DNA from: the human T2T-CHM13v2.0 reference genome, Homo sapiens
Assembly (NCBI RefSeq): GCF_009914755.1
Contig: NC_060936.1
Strand: one strand, 5' to 3'
Length of the DNA: 64,000 nucleotides
A program made the translations under genes and the position numbers. The notes below the pieces were generated by a model. That model saw only the letters and a list, made by a program, of their open reading frames with translations. It was not told where the DNA came from and ran no database searches. This document shows, one piece after another, positions 13,016 to 26,339 of this stretch (positions are counted from its first letter, which is position 1; each line of letters starts with the position of its first letter).

Positions 13016-14479
13016 ACATTTAGAAGTATATATCCAAATTTATGATAGATTCTTTAAGGCCATATAAAATAAGTTTATTTGCATTCTGAATAATTTATAA
13101 TTATTTATTTAATCCTGTGATCAATAGATGTAGTTATGTACATTTGTTCATATGTGTATTTCATAGAAAAGGATGTAGAGAAATTGAGTATAGACTAGCC
13201 AAAAAATTTTTTATCACTTAGAAAATGTATTTATGAAGGTTACTGGATTCTAGACTACACTTGAAGTATTTTAGAGAGGCTTTTTTTAGACGTCTTTCTT
13301 GTGAATAGGAAATGATTCTTATTAAAATTATAGCAGAAAGGCTAAATAAAATAAATAGAAATAACCTGGTTATCAGAAGGCTAATTATACTTAGTTGTAT
13401 TGTAAGAAGCATCAATTAGCCTTTTGACCAAACTTCATATTAAATGATGGTATTTAACCAGTTAATTGTTCTCAAAATAACAGAATAAAGATGTGTTATA
13501 AAACGGAAAACAGAATGGTTCCATTTACATATGAGTATATGCATAAATCTGGAAGAATGAAATTTTAATAACATCCTCTGCCTGTTAATATATTATGTAA
13601 TCTTAATTTGCTTCCTTATAACTTGTTATATTTTCTGATTTTAAAAAGAGAAGGTCGTTTTATTTTAAAAGGTTTTGAACTATTAAAAAATTATTTAATT
13701 CAAGTTTTTTTCTTTCTAAATTGTTTTGTGAATATATGCAAAATGCATATAAAGCAATAATGTCATATGTCTACATGGTTTTTTATAATGGATTCTTTAT
13801 AAATGTAAACTAAAATACAGCACAAAAGTAATCTATATTCTCTCTATAACTTCCATAGTTGAAATATCAAAAATACAATTCATAAGCACTTTGATAAGAA
13901 TAAGCTACTATAGTGACCTAATGATTAAGGTATGCCTTCCTTCTTAAAATACATGTTCTGACAATTATTTTGTAGTTGCTTCAAATGCACTCAATTTATT
14001 AAGATAGAGCATGCAATTTCTAAACATTATGATATTCAACAATTTTTAATAATTTCTTTTTTAAGTGTAGTTGAGTTTGCCTAAGTAGACTATCCTTCTT
14101 TCTTTCTTTAATGCTGCTATTTCATAATTATATAGCAGGTTTTGGTAATTAATAATAATGTAAATTTTTGAAGAGGAAAATGGCTTAATGTATTTTTTTC
14201 TGACAGAGGGTCAAGGAGCAAAGGCATGTTTTATGAGTTTGTTGAAGATACGTTTGTGAAATTCTTAATGAAAAATCCATCTGGGTTAGGAGAGTTAAAG
14301 AGAGGGATTCTTTTGTTCTATATTAAAATTTATCCACTAACCTACTGTCCTAATGATCATCACCACCTATATAGATTTATTTTATTGAAGTGTATAAGTG
14401 AGTAGCCAGTTCTTTTCATAGTAAAGAGAAAAAAGAAATCATGGAACCAAGAGCTCTTCATTTCTTTTTTAATATGAAG

Positions 14480-14701
14480 TGAAGTTTCTCAACCTTGGCA
14501 CTATTAGCAATTTGGTCTACACAATTTTTTGCTGTTGGGATGGAGGGAGAGGGGATCTTGCATATTACAGGATGTTTAGCAGCATCCCTGGCCTCTATCC
14601 ACTAGACGCCAACAGCCTTCCTTATTATGACAACCAAAAATATTTCCAGACATCACCAAAATTCCCCAGAAAGCAAACTCATCCCCTTTTGAATACCACT
14701 G
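14480..14701 (-). mobile_element. MER20 (hAT-Charlie)
   Basis: gtttctcaaccttggcactatt...ggatgtttagcagcatccctggcctctatccactagacgcc...accactg. Confidence 0.92.
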
Positions 14702-15218
14702 ACATAAAGAAATATAATCACAATGTGCCTGATATAGTAGTTATTCAAACTGGCAGAACTAGGAATGGGGTGTATTAGTTAACCAAGTGGTATGTTTTAT
14801 TAAAGTGTTAGTCCTGTTCTCACTGTTTGATATTGATAATTTCATTTTGGTAACATCCGTTCCTCAACTGCTTTTTCTCTCCTAAGGAGATGGAAGCTTC
14901 TGGTAGCTGTGTGAGAAGAGATTGTTATGCAGTAAAAGTGTGCAGAAATGGTATTTGGCAGATAAATACATGTTCACATTCACAGAGAGTCAAAGATAAG
15001 AAGTTATTAGTTATGTCCTTTCTGAAAACTCCCTTAAAAAGCCTTCTCAACAAGCCAATCCTGGACATTCCAGAAAAATAAAGTAACCAAATGTCTCAGT
15101 TTGCTTGTGATACTGGCTTGTTTATGTCTATTACTCCTGTGTTAAGTATTAATAGCAATTCTTTTCACTCTCAAAAGGATCTTAGTTTGGATATCATCAC
15201 TCTAAAAAACATAGTCCT

Positions 15219-16298
15219 GGCCGGGCACGGTGGCTCACGCTTGTAATCCCAGCACTCTGGGAGGCCAAGGCGGGCGGATCACGAGGTCAGGAGATCAAGA
15301 CCATCCCGGCTAACATGGTGAAACCCTGTGTCTACTAAAAATACAAAAAATTTAGTCGGGCGTGGTGTTGAGAGGTGACAGCGTGCTGGCAGTCCTCAGA
15401 GCCCTCGCTTGCCCTCGGCACCTCTTCTGCCTGGGCTCCCACTTTGGCGGCACTTGAGGAGCCCTTCAGCCCACCACTGCACTGTGGGAGCCCCTTTCTG
15501 GGCTGGCCAAGGCTGGAGCCCACTCCTTCAGCTTGCAGGGAGGTGTGGAGGGAGAGGCGCGAGCGGGAACCGGGGCTGCGTGCGGCACTTGCGGGCCAGC
15601 TGGAGTTCGGGGTGGGCGTGGGCTTGGCGGGCCCAGCACTCGCAGCAGCCGGCCAGCCCTGCTGGCCCCGGGCAGTGAGGGACTTAGCACCCGGGCCAGC
15701 GGCTGCGGAGGATGTACTGGGTCCCCCAGCAGTGCCAGCCCACCGGCGCTGCGCTCGATTTCTCACCGAGCCTTAGCTGCCTTCCCGCGGGGCAGGGCTC
15801 GGGACCTGCAGCCCGCCATGCCTGAGCCTCCTACCCACTCCAAGGGCTCCTGTGCGGCCGGAGCCTCCCCGTACTAGCCCACCAGGAGGAACGAACAACT
15901 CCAGAGATGCTGCCTTAAGAGCTGTAACACTCACGGCAAAGTTCTGCAGCTTCACTCCTGAGCCAGCGAGACCACGAACCCACCAGAAGGAAGAAACTCC
16001 GAACACATCAGAATATCAGAAGGAACAAACTCCAGACGCGCCACCTTAAGAGCTGTAACACTCACCGCAAGGGTCCACGGCTTCATTCTTGAAGTCAGTG
16101 AGACCAAGAACCCACCAATTCCGGACACAGTGTCAGGCGCCTGTAGTCCCAGCTCCTCGGGAGGCTGAGGCAGGAGAATGGCGTCAACCTGGGAGGCGGA
16201 GCTTGCAGTGAGCCGAGATCACGCCACTGCACTCCAGCCTGGGCGACTGAGCAAGACTCCGTCTCAAAAGAACAGCAACAACAACAACAACAACAAAC
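15219..16298 (+). mobile_element. AluY interrupted by LTR12 (Alu halves 15219-15368 and 16130-16298)
   Basis: AluY diagnostics (ggatcacgaggtcaggagatc, gaatggcgt, ggagcttgcagtg); (CAA)n tail; TSD catagtcct at 15210-15218 and 16299-16307. Confidence 0.96.
15369..16129 (+). mobile_element. Solo LTR12C-type (HERV9) LTR with a large internal deletion
   Basis: Termini tgagaggtgacagcgtgctggc...ccaccaattccggacaca; 4-bp TSD gtgt at 15365-15368 and 16130-16133; U5 repeats gagctgtaacactcac; only 761 bp long. Confidence 0.95.
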
Positions 16299-16424
16299 CA
16301 TAGTCCTTTGTCAGTCTTTAGTCTACTACTTCTGACCTATTAACAGCTCCTGGCCTTCCATTTCTAGTTATCCCAGAAGGACATACTGGAACACCTTGCA
16401 GGTAACTACTGGGCAGGCAATTTC

Positions 16425-16745
<321 letters not shown>

Positions 16746-17064
16746 TCATTCCTGGTTGATTATCTTGGTCTTTCTCTTTCCATATTTTGCATATTGAAAA
16801 AGGGTAATGGAAACTATACATGTTTTTGTTTATAATCTGAAATTATAGCACCAACCTATTATACAGTTCTGATGTTTTCTATCTACTATTTCAATAAAAT
16901 CTGAATCATATCGTACATGGTGATCATAAACTTTTTGCATTTTGTTTATTTATGTTTATATACTTTCAATACTACATTTAGATGATGATTGTGATAATTA
17001 CATTATATGTATTATTTCTGGGTAATTATGTTTGTCATTTACATAGTCAGTACTTGAGAAACTG

Positions 17065-17576
17065 AGTGCAGATAGATGTCTAAGACAGCCCGCAATGATC
17101 CCACCTCCTAATAGTCACATCTATTTGTAATCCTTTCCTTCCCTTGAAAATGGGAAGTAACTTGCTTCTAATATGGCAAAGGTGATGGACTATTACTTCT
17201 GACATTAGATTACTAAAAATTGTGGCCTTCATGTTGTCAGTAGACTCTGTGTATTGCTTTTTCAGGTTACACACTTTGATGGCACTAACTGCATGTTAGA
17301 ATTGTGTGGCAAAGAACTGAAGGCATCAGTCCAAAAGCCCAAAGAACTAAATACCGCCAACAACCCCATGAACTTGGAAGTGGGTCCTTTCCCAGTGAGC
17401 TCTGGAGATGACAAAAGACAGACAACACCTTGATTGTAGTCTGTGAGAAAACCTGAAGCAGAAGACCCAGCTAACTTGTGCTCAGATTCCTGACCAATAC
17501 AAATTGTGAGACAAATGTGTAATTTTTTAAGCCAAGTTTTTGATAATGTAATATGAAGTGATAGATAACTAATACA
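17065..17576 (+). mobile_element. MLT1F/E-like MaLR LTR
   Basis: caatgatcccacctcct...gtggcaaagaactga...gaagacccagctaa...gataactaataca terminus. Confidence 0.8.
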
Positions 17577-17729
17577 AAATAGAGAACTGGATACATATGT
17601 TCACGAGCTATTCTGGCATAAAAATACATTCAATAAAAAACTTGTTGCTACTCTGTATTTCCCTCATCTCATTGACATCATCCTATCCTTTATCTTTCAT
17701 ATAAATATCTGTGTAAAATTTGTCAACAA

Positions 17730-18470
17730 ATGGTGTGAAAATGAAGAGAAAGCAGAACAGTAGAAATAAAAGAGGACTTGTTTAGGTGTTTGCTTTGTTT
17801 GTTTTTGAAATAGGAGATTGTTATTGTCTGAATGTTTATGTTCCTCCAAAATTTATATGTAGAAATTCTAACACCCAAGGTGATGGTATTAAGAGGTGGG
17901 GATTTGTGGAAATGACTAGTTAATAAGGGTAAGATATTAATGTGATTAGTGCACTTATGGAAGAGGCCCTAGAGAGAACCCCTGTCCCTTCCACCATGTG
18001 AAGATGAAGCAATAAGCCACTGTCTATGAGCCAGAAAGCAGGCTCTGACCAGACTGAGCCTGCCTTGATCTCAAACTTCTCATCCTCCAGAACTGTAAAT
18101 AATGATTGTTTTTTATAAGCTACCTACTTTGTGCTATTTTGTTGTAGCAGTCCAAATGGACTAAGACAGAGTTTCTATTAAACAGTATTAAGCTTAAGTG
18201 AAAATTCCAGGGAGAGGAAGAGGTAGATAACAATAAAGGTGGAAGAGATTACCTGCAGAGGACAAGTTCCTGAGAAAGTCAGCTGGGGTGGCATCCAAAG
18301 GATCACAGAGGAAGGGGTTCATCTTTGACAGGAGAAACATTTTATTCTTCACTTCTCAGAAGGCAGGAAATGGGGTAATTCAAGTATGCTAATATAATTG
18401 CTGGGGAATCAGAAAAGTGAATTCATGAATCAGAGTAGGTTATCTCTGCATTAGCAAGATGAAATCATCT
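17730..18470 (-). mobile_element. L2 fragment, split by MLT1A0
   Basis: Purine-rich antisense L2 motifs (agttcctgagaaag...ggcatccaaagga...tttgacaggag). Confidence 0.5.
17819..18168 (+). mobile_element. MLT1A0-type MaLR LTR
   Basis: tgttattgtctgaatgtttatgttcctccaaaa...ggactaagaca; TSD gagat/gagtt. Confidence 0.9.
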
Positions 18471-19437
18471 AAGTGTAATAAAATGTAACTGATGAACTAT
18501 ATAGAACATAATTATACCCATTTCTAAGGAAATAGGAAATAGTCTCACTTCCTTTGTTTGCTTTGAGAGAACACAAATATACTACACATGGGTGCTATCT
18601 TCCATGCTCCACTTTGTAAGCGTTTTAACATTTGAGGAAATATGAGGAAATGGTGTTTTTATCTGCTATCAGAAATAAGTACTGAAACTGATTCAATGCT
18701 GAATCTGCTGCTAAAGAGAAAGATAAAATTGAACCGGTCGTTTGAAGAAATAGTCATGTCTTAACATAGCCTCAAACATAGCTATTTATTCATACTACTA
18801 TAAATTTGTGTCACCCAGTTATAACGAATCAGCTTTATCCTCGCCTTTGATCCCTGAGGGCACTAAAAAATACCTTCTTGCATATGAACTCAAGAGGATT
18901 TTATCCTAGTCTAATTTTCTAATGCTCCTGGCTTCCTGCCCAGATACCCTGAAATGCAGGACAGCTGGGGAAATGACCATACTCTCATCTCCACAAGGAG
19001 CAAATGATGCCCTTTTGCAATGTATAGGCTCCTAGGGCACATTAAAATCTGTTCTAGGTATAAGGGGACAAATGGAAACAGAAAGGTTCATGGCAAAAGT
19101 GCATAGTATACATACAGAAAAGGTTCCCCAATGCCAGTGTATTTGCCATTGCCGTCTATGAAAGCATTGTTATCAGGGAGCAGTGAAATGAAAACATGAG
19201 AACAGCACACTGATTAGTTCATGTTTTTGTCAACCTAAATAATTGTCCTTTATTATGCTATGTATTGTAATTTCTATTTTTGTCCTAAAATATATTTTAT
19301 TGCACACAGTTTAGGTAATAGTAACTTTGTTCCTACCATTTTTGACAAAATTAGAGTTGTCCACCCTATCATTAAATCCAAATATCTGGGTAATACTAAT
19401 CTTGGCTAAACTAGATGGTCAGTTTTTATTTTATAAC

Positions 19438-19720
19438 AGAGTTGTTAAGAAAGTGTGCTCTGAAATTAGATTGTTGGATTGATATTTTAGCCCTATGAAT
19501 GGCTTTGTGATCTTAGGCAAATCACTAAACCAGTCTATTCCTTAATTTCTTCAACTGTAGATAAATTAAATAAATTTCTCATAGGTGCGCAATTATTCCA
19601 TTCATACATGTATAGTGCCAGGCAAACAGTAAGCAGGCTCAGCCAGGAGTTGTTTATAATCATCTCAAAGCACTGAAACATCCCTAGTATAATGGAACAT
19701 TTAATTATAATATTCAATGT
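19438..19720 (+). mobile_element. MIR SINE
   Basis: gttaagaaagtgtgctctgaaattaga...tgtgatcttaggcaaatcactaaacc. Confidence 0.7.
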
Positions 19721-22427
19721 TATACTAACAATACTAACAATACTAACAGCAATGAAGATCTGAAACATCGAATTGTTTATTAAACCAATATTCATTGTGC
19801 AACTATTATGTTCAGATACTGTGCTATAATTTTGAAGTACAAAAGTAAACAAGACCCTCAAAGAGTCTATAAACTAAGATTATTTTTAAATTTTCATCGA
19901 AGAGTTTCACTTCAGTTTAAGCCCCTCATCAGGTTAAACTGTAACTTGTGTTTGGAAGTAAGCAATGCTGTAAGATAGAAGTTGAAGAAGGTGAAAAGTT
20001 ACAGACTGGAGGACACCTGGAGGATTGCTAATGACAAGACTGGCAAGAATTAATCACAGCAAAGCAGAAACAGAGACATAAGTTAAAAGTAACTGATAGA
20101 TGAAGAGTTTGTTAATTTCCCCACTTGCAACCCTTCCGCATGGAAGTATATTATAGAAAAAGCAGTCTTTCTGCAATTGTTCTTCTAATAGAGTAAATGG
20201 TGTCATTCTCACTAGTATTCACATGATGTCTTGGCTTTAAAAAATGGGTAACTGGTAAGGTTCGTACATTCTTTGGTTAAGATTTGGTGCAAATACAATC
20301 ATGCATTATGCACTCGATCTGCATAGCAGCAATCATCAAAGATTTTAGCCAGTTAATGCAAGCATTTTCTATTTATGAAAAGTGAAGTGAGTACTATAGT
20401 ATGGTTCCATCATTACCTGAAATATCTCCATCATCCACTGCTCCACACCTAACAATCCATCTTCAGTCTCATTTGGTACTAAAGTTGCTGTACAAAGACA
20501 CCCATCCACTTTACAAAGTACATAGCTCTTTCTATTGTGCCCAATCACTTTCTTGGGCTCGATTTGGTAAATTGGTACACTGATAAATTTAAAATAAATC
20601 TAATACAATTCCTAAAATTCAGGAAAAATGGAAGATTTACTTTTTCTCTCATTCCAATTCCTATAAAAACCACAGTGTTTAGTGCCCTCAGTATGCATTA
20701 AATAATTCTGGAAGAACAAATAATCCATGCTTTCTATGGCAAGGAATCTACCTGTGCCAAAGTTAGAGGGCCTTAATGCACTTCTGCCCTACCGTGAACA
20801 CCTTGGCATTAAATGAGAGGTAATCATATTCAGTTGATCCTGCACTTATTGATTTATGAGTAAGTTTGATCACCTAATTGAGCATGAACTTATTTAATGC
20901 CTAATGAATGAAGACAGAACCTAAGGCCTAATTAACCATTTAAAGATATATCTGTGAAATCACATTAGGTAGACAGTAGGTACACATCTTAGGGGCTCAT
21001 GAGCATGTTGAGAGAAAAATGGAATTAGTTGTAAAAAGTCAAACTTGAAGTTTAGATTGGATTTTTAACAGTAAAAATGATGAAGACAAATGCCTCGGTC
21101 AAACCAATTTACTAGAATATACTATTCCTGCCATGTGGGACGAAGACACAATTGAGGTTTGCACTATGCCAAAAGTCTTTATCAGGGAAGGATCCAAAAA
21201 GAAAAAGAAAGAATGGATACACTCCCAAAAAGTCCTAGTCTATGATTGAATTGATGCAGTTATTGGAACCTAGCTGATATTGAAGAATCTATCAAACAAA
21301 ACATTCTCTCTCTGCTTCCTCGTGTCTGGATAAATTTCTTCGTCTATACTTCACTTAGGTCGTTCTGAAAGTATGTAAGTTTTTCCTATCAAAGTTTCTT
21401 CTTAAAGAAATTAATGATTAGAGAACTGTATTTAAAAATTCACGCTTGTTAATATTTTTTAAAGTATTTTTTCATATGCGTTACTTGTTTACATGGAATC
21501 ATTTCTAGGGTTGGCTTTATTTCAACTTCATTATAATTTTAAGCAAAATGTAAACTCAAGGGGATTTTCGTTTCTGTTTTCTGGTATGCAGTATCAATCT
21601 AAAAATCACGCAATTTAAAAACAAATTAGTTTGTCCAGGGTGTTAAAGTTGGCAGACACTGGGGAAAAAGCTAACCAACGAATATTCTGAAATAACCCCA
21701 CCCATTCTGCAAAAGGATTAAAGCAAAGGTCATCAATCTGTTTTTACACTCAATAAGAATGGGTGTCAATAAATACAACTTTAAATCACAACTATGAATT
21801 CTTTAATCTTTGGGATCAATTTATGCAAAGAGAATAAAAAGTTTTCAGAGACATAGTGGGATACTCCAGCCTGTAAGAAAGCATTACCTTTGGATAAAAA
21901 CCAATTATTCATTAGCAGAAAACAGAATGCAGTCCCAGAGGTAGAGTATTATTTCAGATCCAATTTCTAGTTATCTAGATATCGGTGAATATCTTTACTG
22001 TCACTGAAAAATATGTTGGCAAATTCACAACATTGATCCAATGTTTGAGTACATTTTTCAGAATCTCTCTTAACAAAAAAGAGTATAAAAAAACTCTATG
22101 AAATGCCATAATACTATTCCCCAACTAATATATTTTTAGATGTTTGTAAACATTATTGCTCACAGACAGGTTTCAGTGTGATTTAATGCTACAATGCACA
22201 ACTGGCTCCTTTTCATAAAAATATCTTTGAACTCTTCATATATAAAGTCTATCTTTTAAAATGCTTATAGTTAGAAAAAATGTTCTCAAACCCAAACTCT
22301 TCTCTTCTAAACTCCTATTTAGTCTTTCTGCCCCCCATTTCTCACTATCACCGTGCAAATTCACTATTACAAGCAAAAGAGCTCTTTTGTTTAAAAACAG
22401 ATCTGTTTTTCATACACTACACAGGAT

Positions 22428-22530
22428 GTGTTCAATCACCAAAGGTATTTATTGAATGCCAGCTATGAATCATGTACTGCGTAGGCTTGGGGACATTGGG
22501 GATAGATAAATATCAGTAAGGTTTAAAAGC
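22428..22530 (-). mobile_element. L2 3' end fragment
   Basis: tatttattgaatgccagctatg...taggcttggggaca. Confidence 0.6.
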
Positions 22531-22961
22531 CTAAATAGGCTTCATGGTTTTCTATTGACTACTCACTCTTTAGTTTGAAACACATAAATCCAATTCCTAA
22601 CACAGACAACTTCTGCAACTTGATTTCTTTCTTGATTCTACTTCATGCCCTCAATTCTCCATTTACACTAAACTTCTACCATTCACTTGAATATTTCAAG
22701 CCCTTTTATTCCTCTGGGCTTTTGTCCACAATATATTCCTGTCTTCCAAAATAAATTATTTCCTTCTAAACCTGTCAGATACTCACGTACTGCAAGACCA
22801 AGACAAATTTATATTCTAGTCAATAAAATATTTCCTATATCTTCTAGTAAGAGCCATTCACTTCCTTCTCTGAACTCCTAAAGTGCTTCATTCTTTTCTC
22901 ATTCAGATTATTATTAAAATTATACTGCAGTTATATTTTTACAGAAAATTAGGAATGAAAA

Positions 22962-23030
22962 TAACTAACCTGCACATTGTGCACATGTACCTTAAAACTT
23001 AAAGTATAATAATAATAAAATTTAAAAAAA
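22962..23030 (+). mobile_element. Young L1PA (PA2-PA4-like) extreme 3' end, about 70 bp
   Basis: taactaacctgcacattgtgcacatgtaccttaaaacttaaagtataataataataaaa plus A tail. Confidence 0.9.
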
Positions 23031-23614
23031 AGAATATTTAAAATCTTAATGTTATAAAAATAATGTAGAATAAATATATTGTTGTTCATTCAGCAAATAT
23101 GTTAATAGAAAGAAATGTGGTTGTTTTGTCTTTTCACAACAAAGTAAACTAGAGGGGTAGGGGAAAGATAATGGTTTACCTTGTGATAATATTGAAAAAC
23201 TCGTGCACCAAATGTAAAAGTAAGAAATAAAATAGCTTCGTACATTCAAATATATAAATATGCATTTTTTCAAACAGTTATTTTTACAGAACATTGAAAT
23301 TCCTGATACCCAGAGAGGCTAATATTAGCATATCAAAGAGGTAGAGACTTGTTTTTTCAAATTATACTAGAGCATTCAGAAAGTGCTGTCACTCTTGTAG
23401 GCAAAAGTACTGGGGAAAAAAAGTCCATTAAAATAAGTAAAGAGAAAGTTTAAAAGCAGGTATTTTTAAGTACATACATGTTAAAATAAATATATAGAAA
23501 GAGTTAATGGAAATGGACCACTAATGTATTTGATTATATTAAAATCTCTGCCTGATGTGAGCAAAGAAAAATTAAAACTTAACAAAATTAAAGAATCATA
23601 TATATTGAAGTATA

Positions 23615-24028
23615 AAAGGAGGTTTAATGTATCAGCTTGGCTATGCTGTAGCCCCCAGTTATTCAACCAAATACTAGTCGAGGTGTTAGTGTGAAGGCAT
23701 TTTGTATATGAGATTCAAGTCTGCAAACAGTTGACCTTCAGTGGCTTATTTTAGTTAATCTGTGTGGGCCTGATTCAATCAGTTGAAAGACTTTAAGAGT
23801 AAAACTGAGGATTCCCTGAGGAGGAAGAAACTGCCTGTGAATAGCCCATGCCCCAGCATTCCCAGTTTTACCTTCTGCTCATGCCCCAGCATTCCAGTCT
23901 GCCCCTCCTAAAGGCAAGCTTAGGGGTTTCAAACTTGCATTGTCACCTCCCAAAATCATGTTAGCCAATTTCTTACAGTATGTATTTCCTACTGGTTCTG
24001 TTTTTCTGGTTGATCCCTGACTGATATA
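23615..24028 (+). mobile_element. MLT2D-like ERVL LTR
   Basis: cagcttggctatgct...ccagttattcaaccaaatactagt...gggcctgattcaatcagttgaa...cctactggttctgtttttctgg...ccctgactgatata; internal repeat catgccccagcattcc at 23847 and 23880. Confidence 0.85.
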
Positions 24029-24364
24029 TGGAGCATAGCGTCTTGATATGTCAGATTTATAATCTCTTTCAGTCAGTACATAGTTATCAAGCAGTTATTT
24101 CAGTGTTATTGGCAAGTAATTGAATTCAGCTAATCTCTTGTCAGTATTTGAGAAATCAATCTGTTCAGTTAAAATAGTTTTGTCTCCTGGATGAGTACTT
24201 TACCAAGGCCAAATTTCAACTCTCCATCTGGCCTCCTAACAACTTCCTCTTGTAGTATTTCTACTTTGAGCTGGCACATCTAGGTTCATCACAGAACCTG
24301 TGATCTCTAACGTATCTCTTCTTCTCATCTTCCACATTAAATTTATCACTGCTTATCAGTTTCA

Positions 24365-24412
24365 GAAGCCTATTTACAAAGGACTTAGGAAGCCCATATA
24401 CAAAGGACTTAG
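24365..24412. repeat. 24-bp tandem duplication
   Basis: gaagcctatttacaaaggacttag / gaagcccatatacaaaggacttag (2 mismatches). Confidence 0.9.
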
Positions 24413-25076
24413 AGGAGATTGTGGGCATAATTGTTGCGAGATGAGAAACTTGGTAGACAGTATGTTACATAGAAGTGAGAAAATAGCAGTGGTGTAATTC
24501 CAAAAACAGCACACTAGTTCACTTCTTCCTGTTTGCATTGCCATTTTCTTAGTCTATGTGCTCATGCTTTAAGTGATATCTTTGGTCTTACTTCCTCAGA
24601 GGAATCTTCACAGACTCTCCAATCCTCAGGTTCATTATAGTGTCTTTCTAATTCATTACAGTGGCTTAACCCTCTTTGAAAGACCTGCAATTATCCTTTA
24701 ATCTGCTTGGCAAAACTCATATTAACACAGTTATGCTTGTGATTACTGTTTAATATCTCTCCTGTTAGTCAACTTTGATGAGTTCCATGTCAGAGCTGTT
24801 TGATTTGTCTTTTCTTTCTTTTTTTATTTTAAACTTTTAAAAATCGAAGGATAATGTTCAGAAAGAAAAGTAAATATACTATAAATGTGGGGCATGATGC
24901 ATTCTCTCACATAGAACAGCTGTGTAAAGATCACCAATATTTTTATTTTGGTTTATTACTAGCACTGAGAAAGTTCCCTTTATTCTCCATTCCTGTTTAA
25001 GGCCTAACTACCATTCTGAGTTTAACTGCATAGGTTACTTTGGCCTCTTTTTGTGCTTTATATAAATAAAATGCTC

Positions 25077-25443
25077 TATATTAATTAGTCCATTTTCATG
25101 CTGCTGATAAAGACATACCCAAGACTGGGTAATTTATAAAGAAAAAGAAGTTTAATGGACCCACAGTTCCACGTGGCTGGGGAGGCCTCACCGATCATGG
25201 TGGAAGCCAAAAGGCGTATCTTACACGGTGGCAGGCAAGAGAGAATGAGAACCAAACAAAAGGGGAAACCTCTTAAAAAACCATCAGATCTCGTGAGATT
25301 TATTCACTACCACGAGAACAATGTGGGGGAAACTGGCCCCATGACTCAGTTATCTCTCACCAGGACCCTCCTACAACACGTGGGAATTATGGTAGTTACA
25401 ATTCAAGATGAGATTTGGGTGGGGCCACAGCCAAACCATATCA
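25077..25443 (-). mobile_element. THE1B-type MaLR solo LTR
   Basis: attagtccattttcatgctgctgataaagacatacccaagactggg...ccaaaccatatca; perfect TSD tgctc at 25072-25076 and 25444-25448. Confidence 0.95.
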
Positions 25444-25863
25444 TGCTCTAAAGCTGTTTCACCTTTCAACACATATTTATAAGATTCATCCACACTACTG
25501 CATGCAATTATTAACTTGTTTATTTTCATTACAGAATAATATTCCACTGTATAAATAAAAAATAATTTATGTATCCATTCTACCAATGATAGACCTTTGG
25601 GTTATTTCCAGGGTTGGTTGTGATCAATAATATTGCTATAAACATTATTACATGTCTATTCATGGGCATAGGTCTGGATTTATTTTGGAAATATACCTAA
25701 GATTGGAAATGCTAGTCCATAAAGTGCATATATTTAGTCATAGTCAATATTGTCCCAAACAAGTTTTAAAAGTGGTTGTACCAATTTGAACTCTCACTAA
25801 AGAGTTTCAGTTTCTCCAAACAAGATTTCTTTACAAACACTTGAGATTTTCAGTCTTTTTCAC

Positions 25864-25900
25864 TGTAGCTATTCTGATATGTAGCTATTCTGATATGTAG
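25864..25900. repeat. Perfect 16-bp tandem duplication (tgtagctattctgata)x2
   Basis: Read directly. Confidence 0.9.
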
Positions 25901-26339
25901 TAGGATCTGATTATTGCTTTAATTTGAATTCTTTGATGATTAATATATTTAAACACCTTTTCACATGTTTATAGACATTTACATATTCTTTTTATCAAAT
26001 ATTTATTCACATTTTGCATTTTCAGTTGACTTGTGTATATATAGCTATATAAGAAGAGATTAATATCTTTAAGAAATCTTTGCTTACTCCAAGATTAAAA
26101 GATTATTCTATCTTTACTTCAAAAAGCTTTTTCCATTTGCTTTTACAATTAGACTTGAAATTCATCTGTAATTGACTTTGCTTATTTAAGATAGATGCTG
26201 TCTTTTTAATCACAGATGTATTTAAAGCACCCAGCAATAAATACTGAATTAATATATCTTAAATAACTGAATGAAGAGGTGAATGAAAACATAAGTTTGG
26301 GTTAGTTCCAAGAAAAAAAAAAAGGTATGTAGGATAATG

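Larger units (their letters stand above)
24820..26260 (-). mobile_element. L1M (MC/ME-type) 3' region, split by THE1B
   Basis: tatccattctacc...tttgggttatttccag...tatacctaagattggaaatgct...aagtggttgtaccaattt. Confidence 0.75.

Noticed and set aside
15335-16049. Cluster of overlapping 65-143 aa GC-rich ORFs
   Set aside because: Stop-poor LTR12 sequence open on both strands; no gene-like features
19110-19420. Possible degraded hAT DNA transposon
   Set aside because: Could not match termini or a family with confidence
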